A DNA stretch of 32,000 nt from Patescibacteria group bacterium (GCA_030549845.1 JAUQQN010000002.1:1-32000), one strand, 5' to 3'. Shown: positions 1-9,058, counted from the first letter of the stretch. The notes: generated by a model from the sequence alone, not told the origin. Program-made: numbers and translations.

Positions 1-670
1 AAAGTAAAACATATATTCCATAATTTAAAAGAAAATTGCTAACTAATGCCATGTATTTTGTAAAAGTGGGCAGCTCTAAATTATTTTCTTCAAAAATTCC
101 TGCTATTTTAGGAATCACTTGGGTAAACAGAACAAACATTGTTACTAAAAAAATTAAAAGCACTAATGCTGGGTAAATCATTGCTCCTATTATTTTGTTT
201 CTTAATTTATTTTGATTTTCATAATGATTCGCTAAGTTATCTAAAATCTCTTCTAAATTACCAGATATTTCTCCTATTCTTATAAGCCTTACCATTGTTT
301 TTTCAAAGATATCTGAAAATTTTTCCAAAGCTTGAGAAAAAGGCAAGCCTGCTAAAACACTTTCGTAAATTTCTTCAATTATTCTTCTAAATTGGGGTTT
401 AGATACTTGTTGTGCTAGTGCTTTTAGTGATTCATCTAAGGAAACACCACTTTTTAAAAGAAATTTTAGTGCTCTACAAAAAAATGCTAAATCTAAATAA
501 GAAACACCTCCTAAAATAAGCAGTGGTTTTATTTCGCTAATAGGTTTTATATAAGTTACTAAAATTCCTTGATTTTGTAAAACAGATATAGCAGTATCTT
601 TATCTTTAGCACTTATGATACCAGATTTAAAATTTCCTTCTTGATCAAATCCTCTAAATTCGAATCTCAT
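1..670 (-). CDS. pilC: Type IV pilus inner-membrane platform protein PilC (GspF/T2SS-F family). The N-terminal part is present and the gene runs off the window at position 1.
   Basis: Not in the ORF track because it has no stop in the window. Reverse-complement translation from the ATG at 670..668 gives MRFEFRGFDQEGNFKSGIISAKDKDTAISVLQNQGILVTYIKP...LDLAFFCRALKFLLKSGVSLDESLKALA...IGEISGNLEEIL, which is typical of PilC/GspF. The ATG overlaps the pilT stop (ATGA at 667-670). Confidence 0.85.
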   Translation of the reverse strand, partial: MRFEFRGFDQEGNFKSGIISAKDKDTAISVLQNQGILVTYIKPISEIKPLLILGGVSYLDLAFFCRALKFLLKSGVSLDESLKALAQQVSKPQFRRIIEEIYESVLAGLPFSQALEKFSDIFEKTMVRLIRIGEISGNLEEILDNLANHYENQNKLRNKIIGAMIYPALVLLIFLVTMFVLFTQVIPKIAGIFEENNLELPTFTKYMALVSNFLLNYGIYVLL

Positions 671-1725
671 TTTAATAAGCTCTTTAATCTATCTATATTA
701 ATTGCAAAGTGTAATGCAGTATCAATATCTATTTCCCCTAAATTTACTAAAGTTGCTAAAGATCTTTCTAACGTTATCATTCCTTGCTCTAAACTTGTTT
801 CAATTACTAAATCTATTTGATAAATTTTATTTTCTCTAATAAGATTTCTTACTGCAGGATTTGCAATTAAAACTTCGCACGCAGGCAATCTTCCACCTTT
901 TAATCTTGGAACTAACCTTTGAGAAACTATACCTATTAAAGTAGATGCTAGCTGAAATCTTGCTTGATTTTTTTGGGCTTCAGGTAATACATCTAAAATT
1001 CTATCAATTGTTTGTGAAGCTGAGTTTGTATGCAGTGTTCCTAAAACTAAATGTCCTGTTTCTGCAGCAGTTAAAGCAATTTGTATTGATTCTGGATCTC
1101 TAAGCTCACCTATCATAATGACGTCAGGATCTTCTCTCAATGCAGATCTTAAAGCTCTATGCCAATTTGGAGCATTTGTAGGAATTTCTCTCTGAGAAAT
1201 TAAGGATTGTTTAGGAGTAAAGATATACTCAATAGGTTCTTCAATTGTAATAATATGAGCTGGTCTTGTATTGTTTATTTCCTCTATTAAAGCTGCTAAT
1301 GTTGTAGATTTGCCCATCCCAGCAGGTCCTGTAATTAAAATAAACCCTTGTCTTTTTTTGACAAATTCTTTTAAAACTGGTGGTAGATTTAATTCTTCTA
1401 CGCTCTTAATCTCTGATGGGATAAGCCTAAATGCTGCAGCTAGCCCTGTATTTTGAAAATACACATTAGCTCTTATTCTAATATAGTCACCTACATTAAA
1501 AGAGAAATCTAAATCTTTAAATCTTGAAAGATAATCCTTTTGAACATCATTTAGTAAACTAAGAATCATTTTTTCAGTATCTTTTGAAGTTAAAATTCCC
1601 TCCTCTTCGAGAGGCATTAATTCTCCATCTATTCTTAACGTAGGATATCTTAACGGAACTATATGAACATCAGAGGCATCTCTCTGGCTAGCTATATCTA
1701 ATATTCTTCTTAATTTTTCATCCAT
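667..1725 (-). CDS. pilT: Twitching-motility / pilus retraction ATPase PilT
   Basis: 352 aa. Walker A ITGPAGMGKSTT, Walker B-like VIMIGELRD, and the GHLVLGTLHTNSA His-box typical of PilT/GspE-family hexameric ATPases. It has the short PilT-type length and lacks an N-terminal GspE_N domain. Confidence 0.9.
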   Translation of the reverse strand: MDEKLRRILDIASQRDASDVHIVPLRYPTLRIDGELMPLEEEGILTSKDTEKMILSLLNDVQKDYLSRFKDLDFSFNVGDYIRIRANVYFQNTGLAAAFRLIPSEIKSVEELNLPPVLKEFVKKRQGFILITGPAGMGKSTTLAALIEEINNTRPAHIITIEEPIEYIFTPKQSLISQREIPTNAPNWHRALRSALREDPDVIMIGELRDPESIQIALTAAETGHLVLGTLHTNSASQTIDRILDVLPEAQKNQARFQLASTLIGIVSQRLVPRLKGGRLPACEVLIANPAVRNLIRENKIYQIDLVIETSLEQGMITLERSLATLVNLGEIDIDTALHFAINIDRLKSLLK

Positions 1726-1742
1726 ATTATTTAATTATAATT

Positions 1743-3458
1743 TTAAGTTATTTTGATAACTTCTTCTATTGTTGTTAAACCATTTAAGGCTTTAATTATT
1801 CCATCTCCTCTTAAATTAACAAAGCTTTGGTTTTTGAGCAATTCTTCAATTTCTAATTCACTTTTTCCTTCATAAATTGCATTTTGTATTTCTTCTGTAG
1901 CTAGTATTACCTCAAAAATACCTATCCTTCCCATATAACCTTTGTAGTCGCACTTTTCGCAACCATTAGGGTGGAATATTTTAATTTCTTTTGGAATATA
2001 CCTTTCCTTTATTTTTTCATCAATTTTATTAATTTCCTCTTTTATAACCCTTTTTATCTCATCAGGGGGTTCAATTTCTTTTTTGCAATTATCACATAAT
2101 TTTTTTACCAATCTTTGAGCAATTATTAATTTAATTGTAGGAGGAAGTAGAAATCTTTCTATTCCTAAATCTATAAGCCTTGTTATTGCTCCTATAGCTG
2201 TATTTGTATGTAATGTTGATAAAACCAAATGCCCTGTTAAGGAAGCGTGTATAGCAAGTTCTGCGGTTTCCAAATCTCTTATTTCTCCTACTAATATAAT
2301 ATCAGGATCTTGTCTTAAAATTTCCCTTAAGCCCGTAGCAAAAGAATATCCTATCTCTGGTCTTACTTGAGATTGATTAATTCCCTCAATTCTATATTCC
2401 ACAGGGTCTTCTAAACTTATTATATTAACATTTTCTTTATTTAATCTTTGTAGTATAGAATATAAAGTTGTTGTTTTACCAGATCCAGTGGGTCCTGTAA
2501 TCAAAATTAGCCCATAAGGATGTTTAATACCTATCTCGACCTTTTCAAAAGTATAATCAAACATTCCTAATTCTTCTATTCTTTTCAACCCTATTAATGG
2601 ATCTAGAATCCTTATTGCAACCTTTTCTCCTTCTGCAGTAGGAAGTGTACCTATCCTTAAATCAATTTCTCTTCCTTGAACTATAGCTTTAATTCTTCCA
2701 TCTTGAGGTATTCTTGTTTCATCTAGCCTAAGTCTTGCTAAAACTTTTATTCTATTTACAATTTGCTCATGAAAATCTTTTGGTAAATAAGCAATTGTTC
2801 TTAACTCTCCCAACAATCTATATCTTATTCTAGTTTTTCTACTTAATGGTTCTATATGGATATCTGATGCTTGATTATAAACAGCTTCTTCAATTAATGC
2901 TTGTACTAATTTAATAATAGGCGCTTCTTCCGAGGGCAACATTTCTTCGCCTAATTCTATGGGTTTTTCAATAGGTGGTGGTGCCTTTTCTCTTAATTGA
3001 TAAACTATATTTTTAAGTGTTTCAGTAAATTCATGATATTGTTTAATCGCTCCATAAAAATCTTTTATTGAAATCAAATAAATTTTAACTTCGGAATTTA
3101 AGGAATTTTTTAGAAAATTAATAACTTCATTAAAGTTTTCAATATCAGGATTTACGATACCTAAATAAACACCATCAGGTTTTCTATCAAAGGCTATTAT
3201 TTTATATTTTTTTGCATAATCTTCATTAATTAATGTCAAGACTTCTTTTGGTATCTTTTCATTTTTATAAAATCTTTTAAACGGCAGCTGATAAAAATCT
3301 TTTTTAATTTCTAAAAATTCTTCTGGCAATTTTCCTAAAATATAAAGATATTCTTCTAAACTAATATTATTAGCTTGAGCTTCTTGTATTATTTCTTCTA
3401 TGTTTTCTATCTTATTTACTAATTTCTCCTTAGCGAATTTTAAAAATTCTAAATTCAT
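1743..3458 (-). CDS. pilB: Type IV pilus assembly (extension) ATPase PilB / GspE family
   Basis: 571 aa. Walker A ITGPTGSGKTTT, ILVGEIRD, GHLVLSTLHTNTA, and a tetracysteine motif CDNC...CEKC typical of PilB/GspE. A long N-terminal domain is present. Confidence 0.9.
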   Translation of the reverse strand: MNLEFLKFAKEKLVNKIENIEEIIQEAQANNISLEEYLYILGKLPEEFLEIKKDFYQLPFKRFYKNEKIPKEVLTLINEDYAKKYKIIAFDRKPDGVYLGIVNPDIENFNEVINFLKNSLNSEVKIYLISIKDFYGAIKQYHEFTETLKNIVYQLREKAPPPIEKPIELGEEMLPSEEAPIIKLVQALIEEAVYNQASDIHIEPLSRKTRIRYRLLGELRTIAYLPKDFHEQIVNRIKVLARLRLDETRIPQDGRIKAIVQGREIDLRIGTLPTAEGEKVAIRILDPLIGLKRIEELGMFDYTFEKVEIGIKHPYGLILITGPTGSGKTTTLYSILQRLNKENVNIISLEDPVEYRIEGINQSQVRPEIGYSFATGLREILRQDPDIILVGEIRDLETAELAIHASLTGHLVLSTLHTNTAIGAITRLIDLGIERFLLPPTIKLIIAQRLVKKLCDNCKKEIEPPDEIKRVIKEEINKIDEKIKERYIPKEIKIFHPNGCEKCDYKGYMGRIGIFEVILATEEIQNAIYEGKSELEIEELLKNQSFVNLRGDGIIKALNGLTTIEEVIKIT

Positions 3459-3742
3459 TCAAACAAATTACCTTTCCCAATCTCTTGAGGATTAATTTCT
3501 GGAATTTCTACTGGTTTAATTACACTAGGCAAAATTTGATCTAGCCGTTGGCCTATTTCTTCAAATTTTCGTTCCTTAATGTAATTTACTTCTGATTGAA
3601 TGGTTAGTATATCTTCAGGAAGTGGTGCTTCTTTTTTAAAAATATTAAATTCCCAAAAGGCTAATCTTAAAATTCCTATCAAAATTATCAGCACTATTAT
3701 TCCTCCTATTACATTAAATAGTTGATTTTTGGTAAAACTCAT
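3455..3742 (-). CDS. Small single-pass membrane protein of unknown family, at the position PilP occupies in pilMNOPQ operons
   Basis: 95 aa. One hydrophobic helix (VIGGIIVLIILIGILRLAF) followed by an acidic/Pro-rich tail. ATGA overlaps on both sides (3455-3458 and 3739-3742) tie it into the pilus operon. I recognise no family motif. Confidence 0.5.
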   Translation of the reverse strand: MSFTKNQLFNVIGGIIVLIILIGILRLAFWEFNIFKKEAPLPEDILTIQSEVNYIKERKFEEIGQRLDQILPSVIKPVEIPEINPQEIGKGNLFE

Positions 3743-4314
3743 TTTCCTTCTAAGGCCTTTGGTTTAATTTGACTAAGATAAAAATAAGCAACTTTCATCT
3801 TTATACCTAATAAATTATCTTCTTTCTTAATATCCAAATTTTCTATTTCAAAGAATCTACTATAGTTTTCAAAATTTTTTAATAAATTAAGTAAATCATT
3901 TAAAGAAGCCTTAAAGCTTACTTCAAAAACTTTCTTTGTAAGTTGGGCACTTGGAATATTTGGCAAGCTAATTTTATCATCAGAAAATTGGTAAATATTA
4001 GGTTCTCCTAGGCCACTACTTCTAAAAATAGTGTTAATAATTAAAATAAGCTCATAATCCTGAAAATCAGTTGGTAAATATAGATCTAGAATGCCTTGCT
4101 TTTTAGTTTCATAAATTTTTAAAGCCATAGGGTCATTTGCAATTTTTTCTATCGCGCTTTTAAAAATTTCTATCTTTTTTAACTTATTCTCTGCTACATT
4201 TTTATCTTCAGATAATCTCAAAAGTTCATTATATTTTGGTACAACTACCCCAAAAAATTGTTGAAGTATAAAAAATATCAAAATTATAATTATTAAATTT
4301 ATTGCCAGCCTCAT
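3739..4314 (-). CDS. pilO: PilO-like pilus alignment-complex protein (bitopic)
   Basis: 191 aa. N-terminal TM helix (LAINLIIIILIFFILQQFF), then a coiled-coil-like segment and an alpha/beta C-terminus. The call rests mainly on its position after the pilN-like gene and on topology. Confidence 0.55.
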   Translation of the reverse strand: MRLAINLIIIILIFFILQQFFGVVVPKYNELLRLSEDKNVAENKLKKIEIFKSAIEKIANDPMALKIYETKKQGILDLYLPTDFQDYELILIINTIFRSSGLGEPNIYQFSDDKISLPNIPSAQLTKKVFEVSFKASLNDLLNLLKNFENYSRFFEIENLDIKKEDNLLGIKMKVAYFYLSQIKPKALEGK

Positions 4315-4832
4315 TTATAAAATTCTTGATAATTCAATTTAAAACTAATTGAAATTAATACCCTTGAATTATTTTTATCAAAATCTAAATTTTCTACTTT
4401 AAGCTCTGGGAATATATTTGGGGTTTGGGCAAAATATTTGTAATACTTAGCGTACTCAACCCAGTTAGGTAAATAACCACTTAAAATTACTTTATCTTCT
4501 TTAGCATCATAGGAAAATTCTTGAATAACAAAATTTTTAGGAAGATACTTCGGAAGGTTCTCTATAACTTTCGATAAAAATTTTTTATTAGTAGCTAAAT
4601 AATCCATAGCTAAAAATTGAATTATTGAGATATAATTTTCTTGTTGCAAAGTACTATAGTATTCATTAACAAAATTATTTACCTTGTTATTTATCTCATT
4701 AATTTTTGTTTTATTATAATTAATCAAATAGTCTAAACCAGTTGAACCTAATATTAAAATTAATAAAATCAAAAGCAAAATAAAGATAACTTTCTTAGGT
4801 ATCAGTTCTAAAAAATCTGAAAACTTACCCAT
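4311..4832 (-). CDS. pilN: PilN-like pilus alignment-complex protein (bitopic)
   Basis: 173 aa. A short cytoplasmic N-terminus with LELIP resembles the PilN INLLP PilM-binding motif. A TM helix (VIFILLLILLILILG) follows. It lies immediately downstream of pilM. Confidence 0.55.
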   Translation of the reverse strand: MGKFSDFLELIPKKVIFILLLILLILILGSTGLDYLINYNKTKINEINNKVNNFVNEYYSTLQQENYISIIQFLAMDYLATNKKFLSKVIENLPKYLPKNFVIQEFSYDAKEDKVILSGYLPNWVEYAKYYKYFAQTPNIFPELKVENLDFDKNNSRVLISISFKLNYQEFYK

Positions 4833-4845
4833 ATAATAAATAATT

Positions 4846-5910
4846 TTAACGCAATAAAAAATTTAAACAACTACCTATGGCTGTGGATAAAACCGGAAGT
4901 TTTTCTTTGTTTTGAATACCTTCACCAATAAGTATAAAATCACTAGGATTAAATATAAAAATTGGTATATTTTGCAGCTTGCTTGCTAAAAAATCCAAGA
5001 AATTATCAGCTAAAGCAATTCCTCCAGTAAAATATATTTTATCTATCTTTTTATCAAAATTTTCTTTTAAAAATCCTACAACCCTATTTATTTCTCCTAC
5101 TAAACTTTCTATCAAAGAATTAAAAAGTATCTTGAGGTCTTCTTCTTCTGGTAGAATTTTAAATCCCTTGTTTATAAAAAAGTTTTCAGCTTCCTCAATA
5201 TTAACATTTAAAATATTAGCTAAAGACCTAACAACCTCTTTTAGGTTAAACTTCATCTTTTGAGCTAGCAAAACTTTACCTTCCCAGATTATTGCAAAAT
5301 AGCTATAACTATAACCTATATTTACTAAAAGAACAATATTTTTAGAATTTTTAAAAAAGCTTTCATGGGAAAAATATTCTATGTCTACTCCTACATATTT
5401 TAATTTAGCAATTTTTGATGCTCTTTGGAGTTTTTCAATAAAATTTAAAGGCAAAGCTGTAAAAAATATAAACCATCTTTCACTTTCACCTTCTATTAAT
5501 GATCTATATTCTAAATTTCTATATTCAATATAAAATTCGGTTTCTTCTAATGGTAAATATTTTTTAGATTCATATCTTACAGCATTTTTTAAGGTATTAA
5601 GAGGCATATGAGGTAAAGAAAAGTATGTTGAAAAAGAATATAAAATTGGAGAAACAAAAATTACTTCTTTGCTTTTAAATCCCTTTATGCTATCTCCTAT
5701 TAATCTTCCTAAGGTTTCTACAAATATTTGCGAGGTTTCTAAAATACTACCTAATCTGTTTTCTGCTTGAATCTCAATTATTATATAATTGTCTAAAACA
5801 AATGTATCCTTATACTTCGAAACTTCGACTATTTTCAAATTTTTTGAACCTAGATCAATGCCTATTACTTTTTTTGCTCCAAATATGTTTAACATTTTAA
5901 AATTATACAA
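4846..5910 (-). CDS. pilM: Type IV pilus assembly protein PilM (actin-like ATPase fold)
   Basis: 354 aa. VIGIDLGSKNLKIVEV phosphate-1-like motif, and a C-terminal IYFTGGIA typical of the FtsA/PilM actin fold. An alternative start is Met6 at 5895. Confidence 0.8.
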   Translation of the reverse strand: MYNFKMLNIFGAKKVIGIDLGSKNLKIVEVSKYKDTFVLDNYIIIEIQAENRLGSILETSQIFVETLGRLIGDSIKGFKSKEVIFVSPILYSFSTYFSLPHMPLNTLKNAVRYESKKYLPLEETEFYIEYRNLEYRSLIEGESERWFIFFTALPLNFIEKLQRASKIAKLKYVGVDIEYFSHESFFKNSKNIVLLVNIGYSYSYFAIIWEGKVLLAQKMKFNLKEVVRSLANILNVNIEEAENFFINKGFKILPEEEDLKILFNSLIESLVGEINRVVGFLKENFDKKIDKIYFTGGIALADNFLDFLASKLQNIPIFIFNPSDFILIGEGIQNKEKLPVLSTAIGSCLNFLLR

Positions 5911-6571
5911 GAAAACATTAGATCTTTTATATCCTTTTTATTGCTTAAGTTGTAAAAATTTTTTAGAAGAAGGTTATTTGTGTAAAAATTGCTTAGAGAG
6001 CTTGGATTTTCATTTAAAGATCATTTGCCCAAAATGTCAAAGAAGAAAACCCGTTTCTGAAGGTTTTAAGTTGCTATGTTGTAATTATTGTTTAAGAAGT
6101 TTAGTTTATTTTGTAGATTATGAGAAAGAAGTAATTAAAGAACTTATAAAATTAGGGAAGTTTTCTGGATATTATAAAATTTGGGAATTCATAGGTGATT
6201 TAATTTCCAATGAATTAAATAAATTTAACTTAGAAAATTTTTACATAACTTATGTTCCTATGACTAAAAAGGAATTAATAAATAGAGGATTTAATCAAAC
6301 CAAAATTTTAGCAAAAGTTTTAGCAAAAAGATTAAATTTAAAAATATTTGATGGATTAGTTAAAATAAAAGAAACAAAGCAGCAAGCTTTGTTGGATTTC
6401 AAAGAAAGATTTAATAACATAAAAGATGCATTTAATTGCAAAAAATCAGCTCCTAAAAATATAATATTAATAGATGACGTTTTTACAACAGGAGCAACCT
6501 TAGAAGAAATTTCAAAAACTTTAAAAAAATGTGGAGCAAAAATAATAATAGGAATAACTTTTGCTAAATGA
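5885..6571 (+). CDS. comF: ComF family protein (competence-associated phosphoribosyltransferase-fold protein with an N-terminal zinc finger)
   Basis: N-terminal Cys pairs CLSC...CKNC...CPKC...CCNYC, and a C-terminal PRTase signature ILIDDVFTTGATL. The track ORF opens at 5789, but Met33 (5885) is the plausible start because the upstream part is antisense to pilM. Confidence 0.8.
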   Translation: MFNILKLYKKTLDLLYPFYCLSCKNFLEEGYLCKNCLESLDFHLKIICPKCQRRKPVSEGFKLLCCNYCLRSLVYFVDYEKEVIKELIKLGKFSGYYKIWEFIGDLISNELNKFNLENFYITYVPMTKKELINRGFNQTKILAKVLAKRLNLKIFDGLVKIKETKQQALLDFKERFNNIKDAFNCKKSAPKNIILIDDVFTTGATLEEISKTLKKCGAKIIIGITFAK

Positions 6572-7248
6572 AAAGAAAAATTTTTATTGACACAGACTTA
6601 AGCGAGGTTGAAATAATAAAAATAACTGATAAAGATATTATTGAAAGAATTAAAAAGGTTTATAAATTAAAACCTCAAGATACCATTATTTTTGTTGGAA
6701 AAGACTTAACTGAAGGTATTTTCATTTTTAAAGACCCTAAAAATTTTATTTTCCAAAAAATCAAATCTTATCAAAGGAAAGTTTTCCCCAAAAGGCTAGT
6801 TAATTTATACATAAGTTTTATAAAAAAAGAAAATTTTGAATTAGCATTAAGAAAATGCTCTGAATTAGGAGTGTATAAAATAACTCCAGTAATTTGTGAA
6901 AGGTCTCCATGGCGTTCTGAAAAAATATCAGAAAGATGGATAAAAATTATAAAAACTGCTTTAGAAGTAAGTGAATGGGGGTTTTTGCCAATTCTTGAAA
7001 ATCCTATTTTTTTAAAGGACTTACCTAAAAATATTTTTGTTCTAGATAAAAATGGGAAAGTCTTTGATGAAAAATTGTTCAAAAATGAAACTAATGTCCT
7101 CATTGGGCCAGAAGGCGGTTTTTCAGAAAAAGAATTAAAATTATTAGAGGAAAAAGAAGCAATTTTTATAAGTTTAGGGCGAGTTACCCTTAGAAGCGAA
7201 ACAGCGGCATTTGTTATTTTATCACTTTTAAACTTCCCATGTTGGTGA
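6568..7248 (+). CDS. rsmE: 16S rRNA (uracil1498-N3)-methyltransferase RsmE
   Basis: 226 aa. C-terminal SPOUT-family signature LIGPEGGFSEKEL...ISLGRVTLRSETAA typical of RsmE. ATGA overlap with comF. Confidence 0.8.
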   Translation: MKRKIFIDTDLSEVEIIKITDKDIIERIKKVYKLKPQDTIIFVGKDLTEGIFIFKDPKNFIFQKIKSYQRKVFPKRLVNLYISFIKKENFELALRKCSELGVYKITPVICERSPWRSEKISERWIKIIKTALEVSEWGFLPILENPIFLKDLPKNIFVLDKNGKVFDEKLFKNETNVLIGPEGGFSEKELKLLEEKEAIFISLGRVTLRSETAAFVILSLLNFPCW

Positions 7249-7958
7249 TAACAAATTGGAAAATGAATCCGTTAAGCTTATCACAAGCTTATAAGCTTTT
7301 AGATTTCTATCAAAAATTGAATTATAAAATTTGGGTAGCTCCACCATTTTTATTTTTACAAGATTTAATTAAAAAATACCCAGATTTTATCTTTGGAGTA
7401 CAAAATATTTATTTTGAAAAAAGAGGTGCTTATACGGGTGAAATTTCTCCCTGGATGGTAAAAAATATAGGAGGTAAATTTACAATTATTAACCATTCGG
7501 AACGAAGAAAATTAAAGGAAGATTTAAAAATAGCAAATCTTAAATTAAAATCTGCATTAAAAGCAAATTTAATTTCAGTTGTTTGCTTTGGAGAGGATAA
7601 TATAATAAAAGATAAACAAAGCCTTATAAAAGAATGGAATAAAGAATATAAAATTTTGTTTAGAGATTTAAACATCAATTCATTTAAAAATAAGATAATT
7701 ATTGCTTATGAACCTAGTTGGGCTATTAGTACAGCTAAAATCGGTCCAGTACCAAAAGAGCAGGTTGTTCTTTTTATAAATTGGATCAAAAAGAGATTTA
7801 GAGGAAAAATTCTTTATGGAGGCTCTGTCTTTCCTGAAAATATTGAGAACTATCTTGATATTTCATTAGATGGGTTTTTAATAGGCTCACATAGTTTAAA
7901 ACCTAAAAATTTTAGAATCATTATTGAAAAAATTAAAAAATTTAGTATAATTAAATAA
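7239..7958 (+). CDS. tpiA: Triosephosphate isomerase
   Basis: 239 aa. NWKMN (catalytic Lys), INHSERR (catalytic His) and AYEPSWAI (catalytic Glu) are in the canonical order and spacing. Confidence 0.85.
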   Translation: MLVITNWKMNPLSLSQAYKLLDFYQKLNYKIWVAPPFLFLQDLIKKYPDFIFGVQNIYFEKRGAYTGEISPWMVKNIGGKFTIINHSERRKLKEDLKIANLKLKSALKANLISVVCFGEDNIIKDKQSLIKEWNKEYKILFRDLNINSFKNKIIIAYEPSWAISTAKIGPVPKEQVVLFINWIKKRFRGKILYGGSVFPENIENYLDISLDGFLIGSHSLKPKNFRIIIEKIKKFSIIK

Positions 7959-7962
7959 TAAA

Positions 7963-8250
7963 ATGGCTGAGAAAAAAGCTTCAGGCTCAGCAAAATCGAT
8001 AAGAGATTCAGAGAGTAAACGACTTGGTGTAAAAAGATTTGATGGACAATTTGTAAATGCTGGAGAAATTTTAGTAAGGCAAAGAGGTACCAAATTTTTG
8101 CCTGGTGAAAACGTGGCTGTTGGGAAAGATGATACCTTGTATGCAAAAGTGGCAGGAATTGTAAAATTCAAAACTATAAGAAAAACTAATTTTGACGGAA
8201 GCAAAAAATGGAGAAAGGTTGTTAATGTAATTCCTATATATCAACAATAA
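7963..8250 (+). CDS. rpmA: 50S ribosomal protein L27
   Basis: 95 aa. [45 protein letters not shown] closely parallels bacterial L27 N-termini. Confidence 0.95.
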   Translation: MAEKKASGSAKSIRDSESKRLGVKRFDGQFVNAGEILVRQRGTKFLPGENVAVGKDDTLYAKVAGIVKFKTIRKTNFDGSKKWRKVVNVIPIYQQ

Positions 8251-8629
8251 ACTCTGCTATATACTTATTGCCTATTTTTTCTAATTTCGCCTGATGATAG
8301 GTCACAGCTTTTATTTCTTTTTTCAACGATTCAAATTCTCTCCCTTCTAAATTTGCTTTTAAAAAATAATTAAACTTAATTTCTTTAATTTTAAAAATAG
8401 CTTTCTCAATATAAATTTTTAACAAAACTTCTGAGAGGAAATCAATTAAAATATCTGGAAATTTACTTTGAGGTAAAGTAATTTCTATTTTTTTTATTTT
8501 GGAACCCTTTTTTATTTTTGGCCCTAAAAATTTATTAATAGCTTCAAGGGAATCTTTAAAAATTCCTTCAATAGAATTACTTTCAACATAAATTTTTGCA
8601 TCTGCTGTATGCCTTAAAAATTTAAACAT
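8234..8629 (-). CDS. Archease family protein
   Basis: 131 aa. N-terminal [12 protein letters not shown] and C-terminal [11 protein letters not shown]...AEFIVDI match the two archease signature blocks (HTAD and KA-TYH...vDv). Confidence 0.8.
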   Translation of the reverse strand: MFKFLRHTADAKIYVESNSIEGIFKDSLEAINKFLGPKIKKGSKIKKIEITLPQSKFPDILIDFLSEVLLKIYIEKAIFKIKEIKFNYFLKANLEGREFESLKKEIKAVTYHQAKLEKIGNKYIAEFIVDI

Positions 8630-9041
8630 TTTTCTCTATTAAAAATAGCGGCTCTTTAGTTTTTATGAATCTTTTAATTTGATTTGGAAGAAGCTTTATT
8701 TTATTCAAATCTTTGAGATCTACCCAAAAGAAAGCGATATAGTTTTCTTTACTTTTTATTGTATTTTTGTTAATTTTACAATCAAATATAAAATTTATTT
8801 CATGAACAATTTTTTCTTCTTCAAGAAAAAAATTTTCTAAAATACCTAAAAACTTAGAAATTTTTAAAGAAAGACCAGTCTCTTCATAAAATTCTCTTTT
8901 AAGAGCATCTTGTACATTTTCATCAAATTCAATATGGCCTCCTGGCAAAAAATAATGCCCTTTTTCTAAATTCTTACACAAAAGAACTTTATTCCGATTT
9001 TTTATAAGAGCCCGCACCAAAAGTTCAATTTCTTTTTTCAT
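8622..9041 (-). CDS. NUDIX hydrolase
   Basis: 139 aa. Complete Nudix box GGHIEFDENVQDALKREFYEETGL (GX5EX7REUXEEXGU). The substrate cannot be determined. Confidence 0.85.
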   Translation of the reverse strand: MKKEIELLVRALIKNRNKVLLCKNLEKGHYFLPGGHIEFDENVQDALKREFYEETGLSLKISKFLGILENFFLEEEKIVHEINFIFDCKINKNTIKSKENYIAFFWVDLKDLNKIKLLPNQIKRFIKTKEPLFLIEKNV

Positions 9042-9058
9042 TAGATTATAATTATAAA

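Noticed and set aside
5789-5884. The longer comF ORF starting at 5789, as given in the ORF track
   Set aside because: The first 32 codons are antisense to the conserved N-terminus of pilM, encode a non-ComF-like sequence (MSKTNVSLYFETSTIFKFF...), and precede the expected position of the ComF zinc finger. Met33 at 5885 is more plausible.
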